DNA of 20,151 bases, taken from assembly GCA_038245905.1 (NCBI GenBank), contig JBBRRY010000048.1:1-20151 (forward strand), given 5' to 3'. The notes beneath the pieces are model-generated. The model made no database searches. It was not told the origin of the DNA and worked only from the letters and a program-made list of their open reading frames with translations. Origin of the DNA: Thermoanaerobaculia bacterium (GTDB taxonomy: Bacteria > Acidobacteriota > Thermoanaerobaculia > UBA5066). Positions within the stretch are counted from its first letter, which is position 1, and each line of letters begins with the position of its first letter. Made by a program: the position numbers and the translations under genes. Below are positions 1 to 9,099 of this stretch, one piece after another.

Positions 1-2
1 GC

Positions 3-1580
3 TACAAGTGGAATCCGGTCCCGCAGGACAACTCCATCATCGGTCAGAATTTCGAAGGACTGATGCAGATTGGAAACTCCAGTTCGACGCAGGAGTTCAC
101 CCAGGATCGCTTCGCGGTGAGGGACGACGTGACGCTGTCGAGCTTTCAGGCTGCGGGCGAGCACGTCCTCAAGGGAGGCGTCACGTTCGATTACCTGAAG
201 TATCACGTGATCAAGAGCCTCAACGGCAACCCGATTTTCAACTTCCGGGATAGCACGTTTCTCTCCACGCCGGGCGACATGCCGTACAAGGCGTCCATCG
301 GCTCCGGCGATCCCGACCTGTCTACGAACAATAAGCAGTTCGGCATCTACGTCCAGGACGACTGGCGGCTAAACTCCCGCCTGACGGCGAACGTCGGCCT
401 CCGCTGGGACTTCGAAACTGACGAGCTCAACAACAGCTACGTCACACCGGCGGCCGTACGTGCCGGCTTCAGCAAGGTCTACTCGTCGGACTACTTCACG
501 GACGGGACGAACCGTCCGACCTTCTACGGAGCCGTTCAGCCGCGCGTGGGCCTTTCCTATGACGTCACGGGCGACGGCAGGACCGTCGCGTACGCAGGTT
601 ATGGGAAGTACTACGACCGGACTCTCTACAACGACACCCTCGACGAGAAGTACCGGCTCCAGTACAGGGTCTCGACGATCTGGTTCTCGAAGGACGGGAG
701 TCCTCAGGATGGGCGCCCGGCGATCAAATGGGATCCAAAATACCTGAGTCTTGCCGGCCTACAGGCGCTCATCGCATCCGGCACGACCGATCCGCCCGAG
801 ACGTATCTTCTCAACAACAACACGAGGCCGCCGTCCTCGGATCAGTGGAGCGCCGGTGTCCGGCACAACTTCGGCGTCTTCACGGCGAGCGTCGGCTACG
901 CCGGCGTCAAGAGCAAGGACCAGATCACATGGACCTGCGGCATCAAGGCCGCCGACGGCACGTGCGATTGGGGAGCCCGGCCCGCCGCGGGATTCGGCTT
1001 CTCGCTCATCAACCGTCAGAAGGAGGGCTGGTTCAACTCCTTCCAGTTCAGCCTCGACAAGCCGTTCTCGGCAGCGTCCCGGTGGGGCGCATACCTCTCA
1101 TACGTCTATGCCGACGCCCTGCAGACTGGAAACGACCTGTTCAGTTTCCAGCTGGTCGATCCCGCCCTCGGCACCCAGCAGAGAAGTCCGCTCGCCCAGA
1201 AGCACACGATCCTGTTGACGGCCACCGTGGGACTCCCCCTGGACTTCCGGTTCAGCACGGTCGCGAGCCTCGGCTCCGGCTATCCGTTCAGCAACACAGA
1301 CTGCTCGAAGGGCTACGACAAGTGCGTCGACAGTCCCGGCGGCGGCGATCCGCCGAAATGGACCGAGAGCATCGACCTGCGGCTGGAGAAGAATCTCTCG
1401 CTCGGAGGGTCGAGGAACGTGGGGTTGTTCATCGAGGCCATCAACGTCTTCAACTACACGAACGAGCAGTACTACGACGGATGGCAGCCGGCTCTCCCGG
1501 AGGTGAACGCGCACTATGGCCGGACCGATCAGGCGTACAACCCGCGCCGCCTGCAGTTCGGCGCGCGCTTCTCGTTCTGA
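3..1580 (+). CDS. TonB-dependent outer-membrane receptor (Oar-like), 5'-truncated by the window edge
   Basis: The frame is open from position 3 (YKWNPVPQDNSIIGQNFEGLMQ...), so the ATG at 63 is internal. It has beta-barrel motifs GIYVQDDWRLNSRLTANVGLRWD, QPRVGLSYD and IEAINVFNYTN, and ends PRRLQFGARFSF with a terminal Phe. Confidence 0.92.
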   Translation, partial: YKWNPVPQDNSIIGQNFEGLMQIGNSSSTQEFTQDRFAVRDDVTLSSFQAAGEHVLKGGVTFDYLKYHVIKSLNGNPIFNFRDSTFLSTPGDMPYKASIGSGDPDLSTNNKQFGIYVQDDWRLNSRLTANVGLRWDFETDELNNSYVTPAAVRAGFSKVYSSDYFTDGTNRPTFYGAVQPRVGLSYDVTGDGRTVAYAGYGKYYDRTLYNDTLDEKYRLQYRVSTIWFSKDGSPQDGRPAIKWDPKYLSLAGLQALIASGTTDPPETYLLNNNTRPPSSDQWSAGVRHNFGVFTASVGYAGVKSKDQITWTCGIKAADGTCDWGARPAAGFGFSLINRQKEGWFNSFQFSLDKPFSAASRWGAYLSYVYADALQTGNDLFSFQLVDPALGTQQRSPLAQKHTILLTATVGLPLDFRFSTVASLGSGYPFSNTDCSKGYDKCVDSPGGGDPPKWTESIDLRLEKNLSLGGSRNVGLFIEAINVFNYTNEQYYDGWQPALPEVNAHYGRTDQAYNPRRLQFGARFSF

Positions 1581-1601
1581 GCGCGTGAGATCGTCGCCGG
1601 C

Positions 1602-3095
1602 GTGAGAAATCTTCGCTGGCAAGAGGGGCGAGCCCGGCTGTCCGCCGTGGCTCGCCCTGTTCTCTTTCTCGCCGCCGCCGCCCTGTCGACGGCGTGCGGC
1701 GCGCCGCACCATGCGCCGGTCGTTTCCCGGGCGCCTTCGGTCGCCGAGGAATCGTCCCTTCTCTCCTCGGAGGACGTGGCCTTCCTCGACGACCTCGAGC
1801 GTCGCACTTTTCAATGGTTCTGGGACAAGACGGATCCGAGGACCGGCCTCGTTCCGGACCGCGAGCCGACGCCGTCCTTCTCGAGCGTGGCCGCGATCGG
1901 GTTCGGCCTCACGGCCTATCCCATCGGGGCCGAACGCGGCTGGATCACACGCGAGGCCGCGGCGGGCCGTGCGCTCGCGACGCTCCGGTTCCTCCACGGG
2001 GCTCCGCAGGGCGAAGCGCCGCGGGGAATGGCCGGGCACCGCGGCTTCTTCTACCACTTCCTCGACCGCGACACCGGCGCGCGTTTCGAGACCGTCGAGC
2101 TCTCGACGATCGACAGCGCCCTCCTCTATGCCGGGGCGCTCTTCTGCGGGTCGTACTTCGACCGGGACGATCCCATAGAGGCCGAAGTGAGAGCCCTCGG
2201 CGAGGATCTCTTCGAAAGGGCGGACTGGGTCTGGGCGTCGCCGCGCGCCCCTCTCGTCTCGATGGGCTGGACGCCGGAGTCCGGACTTCTCAAATACGAC
2301 TGGCACGGGTACAACGAATCCCTGATCGTCCTCATCCTCGCGCTGGGCTCGCCCACCCACCCGGTCGCACCGGCGGCCTTCACGACGTACACCTCGACCT
2401 ATCGCTGGAAGACTTTCTACGGCCAGACCTTCGTGAACTTCGCTCCGCTCTTCGGGCACCAGTATTCGCATGTGTTCCTCGACCTCGCCGGAATCCGCGA
2501 CACCTACATGCGCGGCAAGGGCCTCGACTATTTCGAGAACTCGCGCCGCGCAACGCTCGCCCAGCGCGCGTATGCGATCGCGAACCCCGGAGGCTTCGCA
2601 GGCTACGGTCCCGACGTCTGGGGCCTCACGGCCTGCGATGGCCCGGCCGACGTGACGGGCGAGGTGAACGGGCGCCGCGTCCGCTTCTACAGCTACGCGG
2701 CCCGAGGCGCGGGTGCTGGCGACGTCCGGGACGACGGAACGCTCGCGCCCGCCGCGGCGGCGGGCTCTCTGCCGTTCACGCCCGCGCTCTCCGTGCGCGC
2801 CCTCCGAACGATGGTCGCGCGCTGGGGCGACGATCTTTTCGGCCCGTACGGCTTCCGCGACGCGTTCAACCCCACCTTCACGTTTTCCGCGGCGCTCAAG
2901 CACGGCCGTGTCGGTTCGGGAAAGGGTTGGTTCGACACGGACGCGCTCGGCATCGACCAGGGGCCCATTCTCGCGATGATCGAGAACCAGAGGAGCGGAC
3001 TCGTGTGGCGGACGATGAGAACGAACCCGGCGATCGTGCGCGGCCTCGTGCGCGCCGGCTTTACGGGTGGATGGCTCCAGGGCGCGACACCCTGA
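1602..3095 (+). CDS. Glycoamylase/DUF3131-type (alpha/alpha)6 glycoside hydrolase, GH144-like (probable beta-1,2-glucanase), probable lipoprotein
   Basis: Motifs TGLVPDR, SVAAIGFGL, GFFYHFLD, ELSTIDSALL, PLFGHQYSH, WGLTA, GPYGFRDAFN and GIDQGPI match the family. The N-terminal hydrophobic stretch ends LAAAALSTAC (lipobox-like). The GTG start position is uncertain. Confidence 0.85.
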   Translation: MRNLRWQEGRARLSAVARPVLFLAAAALSTACGAPHHAPVVSRAPSVAEESSLLSSEDVAFLDDLERRTFQWFWDKTDPRTGLVPDREPTPSFSSVAAIGFGLTAYPIGAERGWITREAAAGRALATLRFLHGAPQGEAPRGMAGHRGFFYHFLDRDTGARFETVELSTIDSALLYAGALFCGSYFDRDDPIEAEVRALGEDLFERADWVWASPRAPLVSMGWTPESGLLKYDWHGYNESLIVLILALGSPTHPVAPAAFTTYTSTYRWKTFYGQTFVNFAPLFGHQYSHVFLDLAGIRDTYMRGKGLDYFENSRRATLAQRAYAIANPGGFAGYGPDVWGLTACDGPADVTGEVNGRRVRFYSYAARGAGAGDVRDDGTLAPAAAAGSLPFTPALSVRALRTMVARWGDDLFGPYGFRDAFNPTFTFSAALKHGRVGSGKGWFDTDALGIDQGPILAMIENQRSGLVWRTMRTNPAIVRGLVRAGFTGGWLQGATP

Positions 3096-4375
3096 GGCGC
3101 GCCGTCTCTCTCTGCGTTCTGGCGGTCCTGATTCAGGCGGCCGCCTGCGCGCGGGGAGGGTCCGAGCACAAGGCCGTCCGCTTCTGGGGCCTGGGACGCG
3201 AGGGCGAAGTCGTGAAGGAGCTTCTCCCGGCGTTCCGCGAGCGATACCCCGGCATCAGCATTGAGGTCCAGCAGATCCCGTGGACGGCCGCGCACGAAAA
3301 GCTCCTGACGGCCTTCGTCGGGGAATCGCTGCCGGACGTCGCGCAAATCGGGAACACCTGGCTCCCCGAGTTCCACACGCTCGGCGCGCTCGAGGACCTC
3401 GGGCCGCGCGTTGCACGTTCATCCGTCATCGCGGCCGGAAACTACTTCCCCGGCATCTGGGACACGAATCTCGTCGACGGCGTCCTGTGCGGCGTGCCGT
3501 GGTACGTCGACACGCGCGTCCTCTTCTACCGGAAGGACCTTCTCGCGGCCGCGGGCGTCGCGGCGCCCCCGCGCACGTGGACGGAATGGCTCGACACTCT
3601 GCGGAAGCTGAAGGCACGCGCGGGCGCCGGCCGCTGGGCCATCCTCCTTCCGACGGACGAGTGGGCGCAGCCCGTCATCTTCGGTCTCCAGTCCGGAGCC
3701 ACGCTTCTCACCGAGCAGGGAGGCGACGCCGCGTTCGAGGCGCCGGCCTTCCGGCGTGCCGCCGAGTTCTACGTCAGCTTGTTCCGCGAAGGCCTCGCGC
3801 CCGCCCTCGCGAATACACAGATCGCGAACGTCTATCAGCAGTTCGCCGCGGGCGATTTCGCGATGTACATCACCGGCCCGTGGAACCTCGGCGAGTTCCG
3901 GCGCCGCCTTCCGGCGTCGCTCCAGGACGCATGGGCGACCGCGCCGCTGCCCGCCGCCGAGGGCTCTTTCCCAGGCGTCTCCCTCGCCGGCGGATCCAGC
4001 CTAGTCCTCTTTCGCTCCTCGAAGCGGGGAGACGACGCGTGGAAGCTGATCGAGTTCCTCTCCGAGCCCGCCCAGCAGGTGCGCTTTTACGCGCTCGCGG
4101 GGGATCTTCCCGCCCGCCGGGACGCCTGGAAGGACCCGCTCCTCTCCGGAGATCCCGCCGCCCGCGCGTTCGAGGAGCAGCTCGGCCATCTCGCCGCGAC
4201 TCCGCGCATCCCCGAATGGGAGCAGATCGCCCAGAAAGTCGCCGAGCATCTCGAGCCCGCGATCCGGGGGGTCGTGACCGTGGACGCGGCGCTCGGGGCG
4301 CTCGACAAGGACGTGTCCCTGCTCCTCACGAAGCGCCGCTGGATCCTCGCGCGGAGGGCGGCCCATGCGCGCTGA
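3071..4375 (+). CDS. Sugar ABC transporter substrate-binding lipoprotein (CUT1 family)
   Basis: This is the real C-terminal part of track ORF 1694..4375. It has signal RRAVSLCVLAVLIQAAAC and motifs EVQQIPW, LPDVAQIGNTW, GVPWYVDTRVLFYRKDLL, FAMYITGPWN and AWKLIEFL. The start is ATG 3071 or CTG 3092. Confidence 0.92.
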   Translation: MAPGRDTLRRAVSLCVLAVLIQAAACARGGSEHKAVRFWGLGREGEVVKELLPAFRERYPGISIEVQQIPWTAAHEKLLTAFVGESLPDVAQIGNTWLPEFHTLGALEDLGPRVARSSVIAAGNYFPGIWDTNLVDGVLCGVPWYVDTRVLFYRKDLLAAAGVAAPPRTWTEWLDTLRKLKARAGAGRWAILLPTDEWAQPVIFGLQSGATLLTEQGGDAAFEAPAFRRAAEFYVSLFREGLAPALANTQIANVYQQFAAGDFAMYITGPWNLGEFRRRLPASLQDAWATAPLPAAEGSFPGVSLAGGSSLVLFRSSKRGDDAWKLIEFLSEPAQQVRFYALAGDLPARRDAWKDPLLSGDPAARAFEEQLGHLAATPRIPEWEQIAQKVAEHLEPAIRGVVTVDAALGALDKDVSLLLTKRRWILARRAAHAR

Positions 4376-5267
4376 GACGCGCCGCGGATCGCCGGCGGAG
4401 GTGCGCGCGGCACTTTTCTTCCTCGCGCCGGGCCTCTTCGTGATCCTCGTCTTCTTCTTCCTGCCGATCGCGGCCTCGTTTCTCCTCTCGGCGACGGACT
4501 TCGACCTTTACGCGCTCGCGGACCCGTCGAATGCGCGCGTCACGGGAGTCGCGAACTACCGGGCGCTCTTCTTCGACCCGGTTTTCCTGACCGCGCTCAA
4601 GAACACGCTCGTGTTCGTCCTCCTCGGGAGCCCGCTTACGGTGGGCGTCGCGCTGTCGGCGGCCCTCCTCGTCAACGCGCGCCTCGCGCGGGCGAAGGGT
4701 TTCTTCCGGACGACGTTTTTCGCGCCCGTCGTCACGACGCTCGTCGCCGTGGCCATCGTCTTCAAGTACGTCTATCACCCGCGATTCGGCCTCCTGAACC
4801 GCGGCCTCGGGCTCGTCGGCATCCCGCCCGTCGATTGGCTCGGCGACCCGCGGTTCGCGCTCTTCGCGATCGTCCTTCTCGCAATCTGGAAGAACTTCGG
4901 CTTCTCGACGATCCTCTTCGTCGCGGGCCTGCAGGGCATCCCCGAGTCTCTCTACGAGGCGGCGCGCCTCGACGGCGCCGGCCGCTGGCAGCAGTTCCGG
5001 CGGATCACGCTGCCGCTGCTGGCGCCCACGCTGCTCCTGGTCGGCCTCACGCGTACGATCGACTATTTCCAGCTCTTCGCCGAGCCGTACGTCATGACGT
5101 CGGGCGGGCCGCTCAACTCGACGCTCACGATGTCGCTCCTCATGTACAAGGAGGGCTTCCGGTTCTGGAACATGGGGCGCGGCGCCGCGATCGCCTTCGT
5201 GCTCTTCGGCGTGATCCTCGTCGCGACGCTCATCCAGTTCCGCCTGCAGAAGGGAGGCGAGACGTGA
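4365..5267 (+). CDS. Carbohydrate ABC transporter permease (MalF/UgpA-like)
   Basis: Multiple hydrophobic helices and the EAA loop GLQGIPESLYEAARLDGAGRWQQFRRITLPLL. A GGAGG RBS lies upstream of ATG 4365. Confidence 0.95.
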   Translation: MRAETRRGSPAEVRAALFFLAPGLFVILVFFFLPIAASFLLSATDFDLYALADPSNARVTGVANYRALFFDPVFLTALKNTLVFVLLGSPLTVGVALSAALLVNARLARAKGFFRTTFFAPVVTTLVAVAIVFKYVYHPRFGLLNRGLGLVGIPPVDWLGDPRFALFAIVLLAIWKNFGFSTILFVAGLQGIPESLYEAARLDGAGRWQQFRRITLPLLAPTLLLVGLTRTIDYFQLFAEPYVMTSGGPLNSTLTMSLLMYKEGFRFWNMGRGAAIAFVLFGVILVATLIQFRLQKGGET

Positions 5268-6085
5268 GGCGGCCCGCCGCGGCTCTCACCGTGAACGCGC
5301 TCCTCATCCTCGGGGCGGCGCTGACGCTGGCCCCGCTCGTATGGATGGTCTCGGCGTCGGTCATGCCCACGGGCGAGGCCAGCTCATTCCCGCCAGGCTT
5401 CATCCCGAGCCGCATCACGTTCGAGCATTACCGCGATCTTTTCCAGCGTCTCTCGCTCGGGCGGGCGTTCGGAAGCAGCCTCCTCCTCGCGTCGTCGGTC
5501 ACGTTCTGCTCGGTGATCCTGAACTCGATGGCGGGCTATGCGTTCGCGAAGCTCCGGTTTCCCGGCCGCGACCGGTTGTTCCGGCTGCTTCTCCTCGGTA
5601 TGGTCATTCCCGTCCAGATCGCGATGCTCCCGCTCTTCCTCCTGATGCGGTCCCTCGGTCTCGTGAACACGTATCTCGGAGTCGTCCTTCCGTCGGCGGC
5701 GGGCATCTTCGGGATCTTCCTCGTCCGGCAGTTCGCGCGCTCCATCCCCGACGAGCTCCTCGACGCGGCGCGCGTGGACGGCGCGAGTGAGTGGATCATC
5801 TACCGGCGCCTCGTCCTGCCGCTCCTCAAGCCGGTGCTCGTGACGCTCGGGGTCTTCATGTTCCTCGGGACGTGGAACGATTTCCTCTGGCCGCTCGTCG
5901 TCCTGACCGACGACACGAAGTACACGCTTCCGGTCGCCCTCGCGAACCTCGTGGGCGAGCACGCCCAGGACACGGAGCTCATGATGGCGGGCTCGGTGCT
6001 GACGGTTCTGCCCGTTCTTCTCCTCTTTCTCGGGCTGCAGCGGGCGTACATCGAGGGCATCACGGCGGGCGGGCTGAAGGAATGA
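5264..6085 (+). CDS. Carbohydrate ABC transporter permease (MalG/UgpE-like)
   Basis: GTG 5264 overlaps the previous stop (GTGA) and has GGGAGG upstream. Motifs AGYAFAKLRFPGR, SIPDELLDAARVDGASEW, WNDFLWPL; ends GITAGGLKE. Confidence 0.95.
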   Translation: MRRPAAALTVNALLILGAALTLAPLVWMVSASVMPTGEASSFPPGFIPSRITFEHYRDLFQRLSLGRAFGSSLLLASSVTFCSVILNSMAGYAFAKLRFPGRDRLFRLLLLGMVIPVQIAMLPLFLLMRSLGLVNTYLGVVLPSAAGIFGIFLVRQFARSIPDELLDAARVDGASEWIIYRRLVLPLLKPVLVTLGVFMFLGTWNDFLWPLVVLTDDTKYTLPVALANLVGEHAQDTELMMAGSVLTVLPVLLLFLGLQRAYIEGITAGGLKE

Positions 6086-9000
6086 CCGGCGCCGCGATCC
6101 TCCTCCTCGCGCTTCTCCTTCCGGGCGGTAACGCGCCCTGGTCGCCGGTCGCGTCGGCCGGAGTCTCGGTCGTCCTCGCCCCGATGGGGACGCCCGCCGC
6201 TCGGAGCGTGCGCATGGCGTACGACTTCCACGGCGGATCGGGCTGGGCCGGGATGCGCCGCGACGTCGCGCTCGACTTCCCGGACGAATGGACGCTCTCT
6301 TTCCGCGTGCGCGGCGCTGGGACGGCGAACACGCTCGAAGTGAAATTCCTCGATGCGAGCGGCGAGAACGTCTGGTGGGCGAGGCGGGAGAACTTCGTGC
6401 CTACGGCCGACGGGGAGAGAATCACAGTCCGGAAGCGCCACGTGAGCTTCGCGTGGGGGCCCGCGGGAGCGCAGCCCCTCCAGCGCGCCGCAGCCGTCGA
6501 GATCGTGCTCTCTGCGGGGACGGGCGGGAAGGGATTCTTAGAGGTTGAAGAGCCCTTGCTCGCCGAGAGGGCGAAGCTCGCGGCCTTGCCGGAGCCGGGC
6601 GTCACGCGGACTTCCGCAGGAATCCTGGTCGACCTCGGCGGCCTGCGCGAGTTCTCCGGTCTTGTCGTGGACTGGCCGGCTAAGGTGCCGCCGCGCTTCA
6701 CCGTCGAGATCTCGTCCGACGCACGTGCGTGGGCGGCGGTTCGCCGCGTCGAACACGGCGGCGCGCGGCGGGCGTTTTTCCATCTGCCCGAGACGGAGGC
6801 GCGGCTCGTCAGACTCTCGCTGCCGCCGGGCGAGTGGGGAACGCCGCGCGTCGCGGTGAAGCCCGTGGAATGGGCTCCTACGGTGAACGAATTCGTCGCG
6901 AGGGTCGCGAAGGAATCACCGCGCGGCCGCTTCCCGCGCGCCTTCATGGGCGAGCAGACGTACTGGACGGTGGCCGGAGTCGACGTCGATACGGAGGAGG
7001 TCCTCGTCTCGGAAGACGGCGCGCTGGAGCCAGGAAAGGGGTCTTTCTCGCTCGAGCCGTTTCTCTTCACCGGTGGCCGGCTCGTGACGTGGAACGACGC
7101 CGCGATCTCGCACGGACTCGAACGAGGCAATCTCCCGATTCCGACGATCACGTGGAAGGCAGGCGACCTGGATCTGGACGTGACCGCGCTCGTGGACGGG
7201 TCGGTCGGGTCTTCCGTCCTCTCCGCGCGTTATCGCGTCGCCAACCGCGGCGGGAGGGCGGTCCGCGTCCGGCTCTTCGTCGCCGTCCGGCCGTTCCTCG
7301 TGAACCCGCCGACGCAATTCCTGAACGCGCCTCACGGCGTCTCTCGAATCGACGCGCTCTCGTTTCGAGGGTCGACGTTGACGATAAACGGCACGCGCAC
7401 GGTCTCGGCGACCCCCGCTCCCGTTGCGACGGGCGCGGCCCCCTTCGACGCCGGGCCGATCTCGGATTTTCTCTTGGAAGGGGATTTGCCGGCGGCGCAC
7501 GAGATCCGCGACGAGACCGGCCTCGCGTCGGGGGCGTTCGCATGGGATCTCGAGATTCCTCCCGAAGGCTCGCGCGACGCGTTCCTCACGGTCCCCCTGC
7601 ACGGCGGCGCTCTCGCGCCCCCGGCGTCCGCCTTCGAGGGAAGACTCGCGTCCGTCACAGCTTCATGGGCGAAAGAAGTCGACCGCGTGCGCTTTCGAAT
7701 ACCCTCTTTCGCAGAATCTCTCGTGGCGACCTTGAAGTCGAACCTGGCCTACGTGCTCATCAACCGCGACGGGCCGTGGATCCAGCCCGGCTCGCGTGCC
7801 TACGAGCGCTCGTGGATTCGCGACGGAGCGCTTACGTCGTCGGCGCTCCTCAGGCTCGGCCACTCGGAAGAGGTCCGCGACTTCCTCGTCGCGTTCGCCG
7901 GGAAGCAGTTCGCGGACGGTCGGATTCCGTGCTGCGTCGATGCTCGTGGCGCTGATCCCGTGCCGGAGAACGACAGCCACGGAGAGTTCCTTTTCCTCGC
8001 AGCCGAATACTTCCGCTTCACGGGGGATGCCGAGACGCTCGGGGCCCTCTGGCCGCGGATCGCGAGGACCGTTGCCGCGATCGACGCACTGAGACACGAG
8101 CGCCGCACGGCCCAATACGAGGCGCCCGGAAGGCGCGCGTACTACGGGCTGCTCCCCGAGTCGATCAGTCACGAGGGGTACTCCGACAAGCCGGTCCACT
8201 CGTATTGGGACGACGCCTTCGCACGCAAGGGCCTCGCGGACGCGGCCGAGCTCGCGCTCTCTCTCGGGCATCCGGACGAGGTCCGCGCCTTCGCGGCGAT
8301 TCGCGACGAGTTCGAGGCGGACCTCCTCGCGTCGATCGCGCGCACGATTGAAGAGAATCATCTCGACACCATTCCCGCCTCGGTCGAGAAGCACGACTTC
8401 GATCCGACCTCGACCACGGCGTTCCTCTCGCCCTGCGGGCTGCAGGAAAAGCTCCCACAGGCGGCGGTGGCGCGCACGTTCGATCGCTACGTGAGAGAGG
8501 CGCGGGAACGGCGCGACCGCCCGGCCGCCCGCGGACCGGAGGCCGGCGCCTATACGCCCTACGAGCTCCGCACCGTCGGCGCGCTCGTGAGGCTCGGGCG
8601 AAAGGCCGAGGCGCATGAGATGCTCGCGTTCTTCATGAAGGACCGGAGGCCCGCCGCCTGGAATCAGTGGGCCGAGGTCGTCGGCCGCGATCCGCGCGCG
8701 CCGCGCTTCGTCGGGGACATGCCGCACACGTGGGTCGGCACGGACTTCATCCGCTCGTTCCTGGACTTCTTCGCGATCGAGCGCGACGGCGACGGAGCGC
8801 GTCCCGCGTCGCTTCTCCTTGGGGCCGGCCTCCCGGAGGAGTGGGTGCGCGCCCCGGGAGGCGTCGGCGTCGAGGGCCTCCGCACGATCTACGGGCCGCT
8901 CGACCTCTCCGTCGCGGCCTCGGGCCCCGAGGTGCGCGCGCGGATCGCCGGGGTGCGGGTCCCTCCCGGCGGCTTCGCTCTCTCCTGGCCTCTCGCCGGA

Positions 9001-9099
9001 ATCCCGCGCGCGGCCACGGTGAACGGCAAGCCCGCGGAGATCCGGGGCGGGGAGATCCTCGTGCTCGAAGTTCCCGCGGAGGTCGTCGCGCGCCCATGA
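6082..9099 (+). CDS. Secreted multidomain protein: galactose-binding-like/CBM and discoidin (F5/8C)-like domains plus C-terminal six-hairpin glycosidase-like domain (1005 aa)
   Basis: ATG 6082 forms an ATGA overlap with the permease stop, followed by signal-like MTGAAILLLALLLPGGNA. The discoidin-like segment is LVDLGGLREFSGLVVDW...FTVEISSDARAW. The helical catalytic-like region has IQPGSRAYERSWIRDGA, ENDSHGEF, HSYWDD and WNQWAE. Confidence 0.75.
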   Translation: MTGAAILLLALLLPGGNAPWSPVASAGVSVVLAPMGTPAARSVRMAYDFHGGSGWAGMRRDVALDFPDEWTLSFRVRGAGTANTLEVKFLDASGENVWWARRENFVPTADGERITVRKRHVSFAWGPAGAQPLQRAAAVEIVLSAGTGGKGFLEVEEPLLAERAKLAALPEPGVTRTSAGILVDLGGLREFSGLVVDWPAKVPPRFTVEISSDARAWAAVRRVEHGGARRAFFHLPETEARLVRLSLPPGEWGTPRVAVKPVEWAPTVNEFVARVAKESPRGRFPRAFMGEQTYWTVAGVDVDTEEVLVSEDGALEPGKGSFSLEPFLFTGGRLVTWNDAAISHGLERGNLPIPTITWKAGDLDLDVTALVDGSVGSSVLSARYRVANRGGRAVRVRLFVAVRPFLVNPPTQFLNAPHGVSRIDALSFRGSTLTINGTRTVSATPAPVATGAAPFDAGPISDFLLEGDLPAAHEIRDETGLASGAFAWDLEIPPEGSRDAFLTVPLHGGALAPPASAFEGRLASVTASWAKEVDRVRFRIPSFAESLVATLKSNLAYVLINRDGPWIQPGSRAYERSWIRDGALTSSALLRLGHSEEVRDFLVAFAGKQFADGRIPCCVDARGADPVPENDSHGEFLFLAAEYFRFTGDAETLGALWPRIARTVAAIDALRHERRTAQYEAPGRRAYYGLLPESISHEGYSDKPVHSYWDDAFARKGLADAAELALSLGHPDEVRAFAAIRDEFEADLLASIARTIEENHLDTIPASVEKHDFDPTSTTAFLSPCGLQEKLPQAAVARTFDRYVREARERRDRPAARGPEAGAYTPYELRTVGALVRLGRKAEAHEMLAFFMKDRRPAAWNQWAEVVGRDPRAPRFVGDMPHTWVGTDFIRSFLDFFAIERDGDGARPASLLLGAGLPEEWVRAPGGVGVEGLRTIYGPLDLSVAASGPEVRARIAGVRVPPGGFALSWPLAGIPRAATVNGKPAEIRGGEILVLEVPAEVVARP

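Noticed and set aside
3-1580. SusC/SusD-type polysaccharide utilisation locus; lower GC of the receptor gene as a transfer signal
   Set aside because: No SusD-like gene follows the receptor. The GC dip is explained by its Asn/Tyr/Thr/Asp/Lys-rich composition.
1694-3070. Long N-terminal extensions in the ORF track (1694, 4835, 5791, 8667, 14014, 15439, 16365, 16736 and 18195 starts), suggesting fusions or overlapping genes
   Set aside because: The extensions are low-complexity alternative frames of neighbouring genes. True starts are marked by RBS, signal peptides or 4-bp overlaps.
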